In this document: one piece after another, positions 55,333 to 64,000 of the stretch | How positions within the stretch are numbered: position 1 is the stretch's first letter | Layout: each line of letters begins with the position of its first letter | From: Octopus bimaculoides | Taxonomy: Eukaryota | DNA length: 64,000 nt | Direction: 5' to 3' | NCBI RefSeq assembly: GCF_001194135.2 | Contig: NC_069001.1 | Span: forward strand, 12,677,066-12,741,065 | Program-made: the position numbers and the translations under genes | Notes under the pieces: generated by a model | Told to the model about the DNA's origin: nothing | Database searches by the model: none | What the model saw: the letters and a program-made list of their open reading frames with translations, nothing else

Positions 55333-56443
55333 ACAAAGTATTCTGGGATACTCAATTCATAAAAAAGTATGATGGAATTTTTATCTCCGATGAACTATAA
55401 TTAAGGGTTTTATAAACATTTTATAAAAGGAAGCAATTCGGGATGTAATCGATGTCTTCTATCTGAAAAAATGATTTAGCGATTGGGAACGAGAATTAGG
55501 TGCAGATGTGATTGTGTGGTAAGACGGTTGCTTCCCTTGACTTCCGGTGTTGTGTGTTAGTAGTTTCTTACGTGAACAGAGGTGGATGTGGGCCAGCTCT
55601 GCTCCGTCTAATACATGAAAATAAAGAACATTTGAAGAACCCGCCAAGGTCAGTCGGTTTTGTTGCTCAGTTGAGCGATAATTTGTTGTGTATTTTTTTT
55701 TCAGCAGGTTTTTGTTCAGCATTGCGACATTTTTGCTTGCCTTTGTCGGCTTTTTTGTGTTTGTTCGTTTACGAAGAAAATTGTATGTTCATTCTCTGTG
55801 GTAGGTGGGTTCGCTCCTGCCATAGAGTGAAATTTTTTGCTTGGCTTTTTAGCCAGGAAAAATAAAAAGACTTTGTGTTCACATTTGTGANNNNNNNNNN
55901 NNNNNNNNNNNNNNNNNNNNNNNNNNNNNNNNNNNNNNNNNNNNNNNNNNNNNNNNNNNNNNNNNNNNNNNNNNNNNNNNNNNNNNNNNNNNNNNNNNNN
56001 NNNNNNNNNNNNNNNNNNNNNNNNNNNNNNNNNNNNNNNNNNNNNNNNNNNNNNNNNNNNNNNNNNNNNNNNNNNNNNNNNNNNNNNNNNNNNNNNNNNN
56101 NNNNNNNNNNNNNNNNNNNNNNNNNNNNNNNNNNNNNNNNNNNNNNNNNNNNNNNNNNNNNNNNNNNNNNNNNNNNNNNNNNNNNNNNNNNNNNNNNNNN
56201 NNNNNNNNNNNNNNNNNNNNNNNNNNNNNNNNNNNNNNNNNNNNNNNNNNNNNNNNNNNNNNNNNNNNNNNNNNNNNNNNNNNNNNNNNNNNNNNNNNNN
56301 NNNNNNNNNNNNNNNNNNNNNNNNNNNNNNNNNNNNNNNNNNNNNNNNNNNNNNNNNNNNNNNNNNNNNNNNNNNNNNNNNNNNNNNNNNNNNNNNNNNN
56401 NNNNNNNNNNNNNNNNNNNNNNNNNNNNNNNNNNNNNTGTGGA

Positions 56444-56815
56444 GTGAAAATATTTATTAGCAATTTTTGCTGAAAAATTTGGTGAACGAATTGTACAGTG
56501 AAAATATTTGTTAGCAATTTTTGCTGAAAAATTTGGTGAACGAATTGTACAGTGAAAATATTTGTTAGCAATTTTTGCTGAAAAATTTGGTCAACGAATT
56601 GTGCAGTCAAAATATTTGCTAGCAATTTTTACTGAAAAATTTGGTGAACGAATTGTAGAGTGAAAATATTTGTTAGCATTTTTTTGCTGAAAAATTTGAA
56701 CGAATTGTGCAGTGAAAATATTTGTTAGCAATTTTTGCTGAAAAATTTGGTGAACGAATTGTACAGTGAAAATATTTGTTAGCATTTTTTGCTGAAAAAT
56801 TTTGTGAACGAATTA
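56444..56815. repeat. 54-bp tandem minisatellite, about 7 visible copies, probably extending into the gap
   Basis: Unit GTGAAAATATTTGTTAGCAATTTTTGCTGAAAAATTTGGTGAACGAATTGTACA starting at 56444, 56498, 56552, 56606 and onward. Confidence 0.95.
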
Positions 56816-57539
56816 GTGTTTGCTGCTTGTGGTTCGAGTGTTTGGTTCACAAGAGTAAAAATATTTTGTTTGGCAATTTTTTGCCGGAAACGCAGTGGAG
56901 TACCTTGAATCGTAAACAGTCTTACTTCATCACTCATCACGAGTCCTTGTCAACCAAATTTTCTCTCTCTCTTACATTCTCTCCATTCACTCCGGTACCA
57001 GTACTTCTTCCCGTCTTCCATATCACCACTTCACGTTCTGATCCAACTCCACGTTCTGATCTAACTGAACGTTTTGATCCAACACCAAAAAGCACTTTCC
57101 ACTTTATTCCGCTAATACTCTACTTTATCCAAGGCACTCCAAAATCTGATCTATGTCAATGTCACACTGAAGACACCAGCACCCACATGAGCCACTTCTA
57201 ACTAACTAACTAACCCAACTGTTTTCACAAACATTACCCGAAGCCATGCTGTAATTATACACGTCATAGAGAAAATGAGTTTTAACTTTTATCATTATCA
57301 TACTAGAACATTCGAGTCGCATAGATTTCATTTCACATTCAGCACTAATTATATTTCTTTGTTTGATGTTGTCGTTGTAGTTGTTCATCGTGTTGTTGTT
57401 CTTGTTGTTGTTGTTAATCTCCTGTTTTTACTGCTTTGCTTTATTACATTTTATTCTAAAATTGACGACATCTTGTCGCATTAAATCCCGCACTTTTGAA
57501 GTCTCTGTATACAGTTATTTCACACACAACCATTACAAA

Positions 57540-58260
57540 CGTCACCACCACCACCACTACCACCACCACCATCAGAAACACAACCACCACAATCACCTCC
57601 ACGGCGACGACGAAAGCCACCGCCGCCACTACCATCACGACCACCACCTCCACCATCATTATCACCATCACCATCAATACAACCGCCACCAGCACCACCA
57701 CCAGCACCACCACCAGCACCATCATCGCCTCCACCACCGCCATCACCACATCCCCTCCACGACGTTGACGACGGCCACCACCACCACCATTACAACTACA
57801 ACCATCTCCTCCACCTTAACTAGCACTATCATCATCATCTGCACCACCACCATCTCCACCACCATCTATTATCACCACCGCCATCATCACTACGGCCATC
57901 ATCGCTACCACCGCTATACCGTCGATGACAGCAGCAGATCCCAACCACCATCACCATCATCACTATCATCCCAACCTCCAATATTATTGCGAGTGGCACC
58001 ACCACCAGCACCACTATTAACATCATCACTACTACTACAGGCACAAACAACGTTATCATTCTAATGACAGCTATCATCATCATCATCATCATAATGAGCC
58101 TCCTACTCCTTCTCATCTTTCCCATCATCATCATCATCATCATCCACCTCCTCCTACTCATCACCATCATCATCACCACCACCACCAACGGCAGCAGCAG
58201 CATCACCACCACAAATACCGTCAAAACATCGTCACCAACAGCAACAAAACCAACACAAGG
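57540..58260. repeat. Cryptic (CAC/CAT/CAG)n low-complexity tract
   Basis: Direct reading; yields poly-H/T/V ORFs in several frames. Confidence 0.85.
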
Positions 58261-58323
58261 TACAACTCCCTCTTTCCACCACTATTTCTCTATCGACCTC
58301 TCTTTCTCCCCCTCGCTCACTCC

Positions 58324-58398
58324 CTCTCTCTATTTCCCTCTCTCTATTTCCCTCTCTATTTCCTTCTCTCTATTTCCCTCTCTCTATTTCCCTCTCTC
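58324..58398. repeat. Short tandem repeat, unit about CTCTCTATTTCC
   Basis: About six 12-14 bp units. Confidence 0.85.
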
Positions 58399-58694
58399 AT
58401 ATCCATCCAAGCTTACTCTGCCAGCCTCTAGTTAGGAACATGTATGATTCAAAATAGATCCTTCTCATTAGCTATTCAAACTTAGATATACCTAATCATG
58501 TCGCCATCTGGTTTCTTTTTCAACGAACCAATTAATCAATTACCAACTATTGCAGTGCGTCTTGTATATGGCTAACTGTGTGTGTGTGCGCGCGCGCGCA
58601 TGTATATATATATATATATGTGTGTATGTATGTGTATATATATATATATATATATACATACAGACACACACATATATTTGTGTATGATAATATA

Positions 58695-58747
<53 letters not shown>

Positions 58748-58878
58748 ATATGTATATTTGTATATGTATATATATATATATATATATATAGATGACACAT
58801 ATATTTGTGTATGATAATATATGTATATTATGTGTATATATATGTATATATGTGTGTATATATGTGTATATATATGTA

Positions 58879-58911
<33 letters not shown>

Positions 58912-58954
58912 TTGTATATGTATATATATATTTGTATATCTATCTATCTATCTA

Positions 58955-59033
<79 letters not shown>

Positions 59034-59474
59034 ATGTACGTATATATACACACATACATACACTGACACACACACATATATATACGTATACACGCACATA
59101 CATATATGTGTGTGTATGTGTGTATGCCTGGTCTCGTTCGTTAGAAATGGCGTCAAACCGTTGCTAAAAATGAGTAATAATTCTCTTTCTGTCTTTTATT
59201 TGGCATTACGTGTCCTTTCTGAACGAGCTGATCAAGACCTGTTTGTTTATTTCTCTTCACTAACGAATGAATCGCTTTCTTCTATCCACACGTTGAACAG
59301 GATACGTCAGACATGGCGGCTCTCACAATGTAGACCTAATTCTCATATTTTTCTTGTCAGCAGATTTTTGTGCATATCCTTACGTATTATTGTATCTATC
59401 TGCTTGATCAGCTGCTATAGTTTTTGTGGTTTAGTTTTCCGTTCATATTTATAACGCTGAGGTCGTGAAGAATC

Positions 59475-60345
59475 TGCAGTACCAGGTAATGACTGGTACT
59501 ACCCTGTACATGGTTTTGATTTTTGTATAAAAGACGATCTACAGCAAATGTTCTGCTCAATATCACAAGTTTTGTTGTCAGTTGCTTGACCTTAACCGGA
59601 TGAGAATGTCTCTTGTTGGCTGACAATATGTGCATCTCTGATCACGAGCAGGAGTAGTGGAAGAGTATGATAGCCATATGTTGAGAAGAATTCTTGGAGT
59701 TTAAATAATTCACCTCTAGAAACATGGTTGTTTTACTCATCATCCTTAAAGAAACCTTATTCTGGGAGGTTTTTAGCGGGATGAACTACTCACCCTGAAG
59801 AGAATTCTAACTGGACCCCAACTGAGTCATGCACTCTTTATGTTGATATAAAATCATCATGTCGCGTACATATGGTTGTGATGCATGTGCCTGGTGTACC
59901 CCTATCAGACGCGTAGTCATTACGGGTGTATTAGACTTCGTATGTTTGTACCCCTGTGTCACTTTGATGGCATGCGCTGCTCTCTCACTCAATAATAATA
60001 ATAATAATAATAATAGTCTCTCATGGCTTCTGGAAACATGGGTGTTTTACTTAACATTCTTAAACAACCCTTATTCATGGACCTTTTGAGCGGGATGGGC
60101 TACTCGACCTGAAGAAAATTCTAACTGGGTCCCACCAGCGAGGTCATGCGCTGTTTATCTTGATATGAGATCACCAGGTCGCGCACATGTGGTTGTGATG
60201 CATGTGCCTGGTGTACCCTTATCAGACGGGTAGTCGTGATGGGTATAATGGGCTTCGTATATTTGTACCCCAGTGTAACTTTGATGACATGCACTGCTCT
60301 CTCACTCAATAATAATAATAATCATAATAATAATAACAACATTAT
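59475..60345. repeat. Unclassified interspersed repeat, two head-to-tail diverged copies each ending in (AAT)n
   Basis: GAAACATGG at 59719 and 60033 (period 314). Shared ...GTTGTGATGCATGTGCCTGGTGTACCC.TATCAGACG...CTCTCTCACTCAATAATAAT. The leftward extension of copy 1 is inferred from memory of the family. Confidence 0.8.
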
Positions 60346-60369
60346 TAACAATAACAATATTATCGTTAT

Positions 60370-60510
60370 CAGTATGTAACTGGTACTTATTTTATTGACC
60401 CCCCGAAAAGGACAAAGGGTAAAGCAGACCTCGATGAACTTTGAACACTGAATATTTTCGTGCTGAGCATTTTGTCCCGCGCGGTAACGATATTCATCAA
60501 TCGCCGCCTT
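60370..60510 (-). mobile_element. Degenerate reverse copy of the 10716 SINE family
   Basis: AACTGGTACTTATTTTATTGACCCCCCGAAAAGG...GACCTCGATGAACTTTGAAC. Confidence 0.55.
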
Positions 60511-60834
60511 AATAGCAGTAAATGACAGAACGCTACATTATACCACTTCAAGCTCCCGCCTGTCCGCTAGAAACTATGAAGATAACAGTTGTATACGAAT
60601 ACACACACGCACGCACGCAACATACGCGTGCACACACACACGTAACTGTAATTTCATATCGAACAGCATATTATATCTGGAAAGTACGACATGACTGGAG
60701 TTAAATACAACATTTATTGGATAATTATTATAACAAATAATAGATTGGCGTATATTACAATCTCCTTTCAGATAATGCAAATCTTTCGTAAAAGCATTCA
60801 TCAATTTATCTGCTGATGTATTATATAATTGCAT

Positions 60835-61235
60835 GAGGCAACGAACTGGCAATAATGTCTGACAAACGCTGGGCAAATGCATTTCGACCGCTTTTATGTT
60901 CTCAGTTCAATTTTCGCCAAGGTTACCGTTGCCTTTCGTCCTCTCAGGGTCTATAAATTATATAGTAGCCTGCAGTGGAGTCGATGTAATTGGCTTATAC
61001 CCCGCCTCGAAGTTGCTTGCCTTGTGCCAAAATTTGAAAGCAATACATTGTGGAATTGCATAAAGTGTGAGTTGGCAGATTTGGTAGCACCGGGCTAAAA
61101 TGCTTCGTAGCATTTCGTACGTCTTTACGTTCTGAGTTCAAATTACCCCGAGTTCGACTTTGCATTTTATCCTTTCTGGTCGACAAAATAAGTACCAGGA
61201 GAGCACTGGAATCGATGTAATCGCCTCCAGCTCTT
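60835..61235 (+). mobile_element. Two tandem degenerate copies of the 10716 SINE family
   Basis: TGTTCTCAGTTCAATTTTCGCC...GTCGATGTAATTGGC, then TACGTTCTGAGTTCAAATT...GTCGACAAAATAAGTACCAG...ATCGATGTAATCGC. Confidence 0.65.
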
Positions 61236-61544
61236 CTTTGAGGTTGCTGTCGCGTGTAAAAAGTTGAAATGAATACATTATATACGTCCATAATTTAAAT
61301 ATGTCTAACATGGAAAACACTCATTAAGAAGTCGTTAATTGTTACACCGCTATGTTATTATACCACATTTGTGTCAATATAAATATTTCGTTATGTGTGT
61401 GTATAGATGAGAGTATCACTATCTCTTATTCTCATATGCAACTGCTCTTCTGTGGTCATTGCTAATTATGACACGTCGTCAAATGGCGAGAATAAAATTT
61501 CATTAATCAAGAATTATATTGTATGGTATTAAGTTGTACTGAAG

Positions 61545-61850
61545 TCACTGGCTAAGTGGTTAGTATATTTCACTCTCTATAGTAAGATCGTGAGTTGGAA
61601 AACCGCCGGTGTGCTGTGTTTTTGAGCAAGACACTTTATTTAACGTTGCTCCAGTCTACTCACCTGGTAAAAATGAGTTGTACCTGTATTTCAAAAGACT
61701 AGCCTTTTCAAGATAAATCTCCCTGAGAACTACGTTAATGGTACGCATGTTTGTGGATTGCTCAACCACATGCATTCATTTTAATGAGCGCGCTGTTCCG
61801 TTGATCGGATCAACTGGAAACATTGTCGTCGTGACCTACCTGAGCGCCAC
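61545..61850 (+). mobile_element. CORE-type SINE sharing its 3' tail with the 63617 family
   Basis: Body GTGTTTTTGAGCAAGACACTT...CTCCAGTCTACTCA, then GAGAACTACGTTAATGGTAC...GCTGTTCCGTTGATCGGATCAACTGGAA. Confidence 0.7.
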
Positions 61851-62139
61851 TTCTTTTTGTTAGTGACGATTATGAATTATTTACTTTTGCTTATTTTTGT
61901 TTAAATTATAGAAATTAGCTAAACCATAGATGTGTTCTACTCTTTTTGTATAAGTCTAAATCTCTCGGCCACTGGGCGTAAGGTTGGAGAGCTGTAGTGC
62001 TGATGATATCTCTAAATGCAGAAACTCGTGCTCGTGACTGTCCACGTTCCTCCAAACGATTAACCTGCCCAGGTTATTTGCCGTGACATCTTTCGAGAAT
62101 TCTTCGTTCGTGAGCTATCTATCTATCTATCTGACTGTC

Positions 62140-62699
62140 TGTCCGTTCTCACTCAACTCCTGTAGTACCTAAACATCGTAGCGATTTGTGTACCCAAGCT
62201 TTACCAGGTGCCCATGAACGACGGATTTTGATAGGTTGAGGCTTTCTGCCAATTCTCGGGTTGTGCAATGTGGGTTATTCTCAGTTAATGTCTTGATTTG
62301 TCATCATCTGTAGTGGATGGTTTGCAAGTTCACTCTTTATCAATAAGGCTACAATCTCCAGCTCGGAACTTTGCGAACTACATCCGTACAGTTCTTTCAG
62401 ATGAAGAAACATCACCGTAAACTGCGCATATTTCTTTGGTTGCTTGTGAGGCATTTTTCCCTTTACGGAAAAAGAAAAGCATCAAGTGCAGAAAATGAAC
62501 TTTCTTATCTTCCATTTTAAAGAGTTAAAGAATTAACACAGGTTATAAGAACATAAACCATCTTCTACGAAAAGATAGCTTAAACTATGCTCTAAATGGA
62601 GGTGTAGTCAAATCCTATTTTATGGATTCAACCATGTTCTAAAATAAGTCGAAAGGTAATTTATTATAAATCGGCACGAAATTTCCGGATGATCCAATA
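62140..62699 (-). mobile_element. Mariner transposon 5' part (TIR, leader, decayed transposase N-terminus)
   Basis: ATG at 62515: MEDKKVHFLHLMLFFFRKGKNASQATKEICAVYGD...FAKFRAGD...NPHCTTRELAESLNLS...HLVKLGY, with stops and a frameshift. TIR-like TATTGGATCATCCGGAAATTTCGTGCCGATTT at the right end. Confidence 0.85.
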
Positions 62700-63093
62700 T
62701 TTCTCCACATTCACAAAGTATAAAAGAAGAATAAAAAACCACCTTATATTCCCTACTCAATTTAATTAGTGGAAATGGAAAAGTATTTTCTGAAGTGTTC
62801 GCAGCGTCCATTAATTTATCTGTTCTTTAAAAACAAATGATATGATATTGGTTTTATTGTTGATGTACTCAAGGTTAAATGCTTGGATTGTAGGCTTTGT
62901 GATTGTAATAATAAAATAATGATCCAAAATTCTGACTACATCCTCCTACTTAATATACTACACTCTACACCATTTCAAACAAGCTATACAGACGCACATA
63001 TGAATGTGTGTGTGTGCGTGTGTGGCAGCGTGTGCGTGCGTGCTGTGTGTGTCTTTGTGTATGCGTATGTGTATATATGTGTTTGTTTATATA

Positions 63094-63138
<45 letters not shown>

Positions 63139-63317
63139 ATATATGTATGTATGTAGGTATGTATGTTTACATATAATAATGACAATAATACCTAATATGT
63201 GGAAAATTGTTACGGAATGAACGCGTTTGGTGGAGAAATATGTTATGATGCGTTAATAGTGAAGAAAGCCTATAAATTTCCATTCGAACGCTATTATTGT
63301 TATTATTAAATTTATTC

Positions 63318-63525
63318 TGAAGGCGACGAGGTGGCAGAAACATTCGCACGTCTGGCAAATTGCTTACCGACATTTGGTCCGTTCTTACGTCCTGAATTCA
63401 AATTCCTACTTTGCCTTTCATCATTCCGGGGTCGACAAAATAAATACTAGTGAAACTGTGGAGTCGATATAATCGACTAGTTCCCTCCCATAAAATGTCA
63501 GGCCTTGTGTCTATAGTAGAAAGGA
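63318..63525 (+). mobile_element. Copy of the 10716 SINE family
   Basis: GAGGTGGCAGAAAC...ACTTTGCCTTTCATCATTCCGGGGTCGACAAAATAAATAC...GTCGATATAATCGAC. Confidence 0.75.
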
Positions 63526-63536
63526 TTATATTTATT

Positions 63537-63596
63537 GTGAAGGCGGCGAGCTGGCAGAATCCTTAGCACGCTGGGCGAAATAGCATGGCGGTATGT
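63537..63596 (+). mobile_element. 5' part of another 10716-family SINE
   Basis: GAAGGCGGCGAGCTGGCAGAATCCTTAGCACGCTGGGCGAAAT...GCGGTAT. Confidence 0.7.
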
Positions 63597-63616
63597 ACAC
63601 ATATATACATATACAT

Positions 63617-64000
63617 GTGGAGGCGCAATGGCCCAGTGGTTGGGGCAGCGGTCTCTCGGTCATAGGATCGCGGTTTCGATTCCCAGACCGGGCGTTGTGA
63701 GTGTTTATTGAGCGAAAACACCTAAAGCTCCACGAGGCTCCGGCAGGGGATGGTGGCGAAACCTGCTGTACTCTTCCACCACAACTTTTTCTCACTCTTA
63801 CTTCCTGTTTCTGTTGGGCCTGTAATTCAATGGGTCAGCCTTGTCACACTGTGTCACGCTGAATATCCCCGAGAACTACGTTAAGGTTACACGTGTCTGT
63901 GGAGTGCTCAGCCTCTTGCACGTTAATTTCACGAGCAGGCTGCTGTGTTGATCGGATCAACTGGAACCCTCAACGTCGTAAGCGACGGAGTGCCAACAAC
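63617..64000 (+). mobile_element. Full-length young tRNA-derived SINE, tail runs to the window edge
   Basis: A box TGGCCCAGTGG, B box GGTTTCGATTCCC; reverse-complement match to 53714-54102 along its whole length. Confidence 0.92.

Noticed and set aside
55879-56785. ORFs with a repeated 18-aa unit (QQKLLTNIFTVQFVHQIF)
   Set aside because: A consequence of the 54-bp unit being divisible by three. Single-base and two-base indels in later units break the frame.
56444-56815. Possible CRISPR-like array
   Set aside because: The units are contiguous with no unique spacers, the context is eukaryotic and there are no cas genes.
57381-58064. 227-aa His/Thr-rich ORF resembling a mucin or His-rich protein
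   Set aside because: It is a cryptic CAC/CAT repeat, open in multiple frames and strands, with no convincing start or splice context.
59715-59815. Hammerhead in the duplicated repeat (GAAAC...CTGAAGA)
   Set aside because: No consistent stem I or II could be formed in both copies.
63617-63690. tRNA gene (also 54030-54102 and other SINE heads)
   Set aside because: A/B boxes continue directly into SINE body and tail, with a TSD in one copy and no T-run terminator. These are tRNA-derived SINE heads.

Overview
AT-rich, microsatellite-saturated eukaryotic DNA with 14 N-gaps. The repeat content (tRNA-headed SINEs, CR1 LINE ends, mariner relics, very dense (TA)n/(CA)n) looks cephalopod (Octopus-like); this is an inference from remembered repeat families, not a search. 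Nearly all ORFs in the supplied track are artefacts of microsatellites or N-runs. The one well-supported gene is missed by the track: a spliced minus-strand gene for a secreted Ly6/uPAR (three-finger, quiver/sleepless-like) protein, with a signal-peptide exon (13682-13742) joining in phase to a Cys-rich exon (9002-9136); its downstream exons are only tentatively located. The rest is intronic or intergenic: many SINEs (two with clear target-site duplications), two CR1 fragments, three mariner and one possible Tc1 transposase relics, a Penelope-type minimal hammerhead-like motif (25746-25782), two hairpins in unique sequence (42210-42270, 52544-52664), a 54-bp tandem array inside an unclassified element, and a head-to-tail duplicated unclassified repeat. 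No rRNA, true tRNA gene or CRISPR array is supported. All coordinates were read by eye; repeat boundaries are approximate unless a TSD or splice site is quoted.
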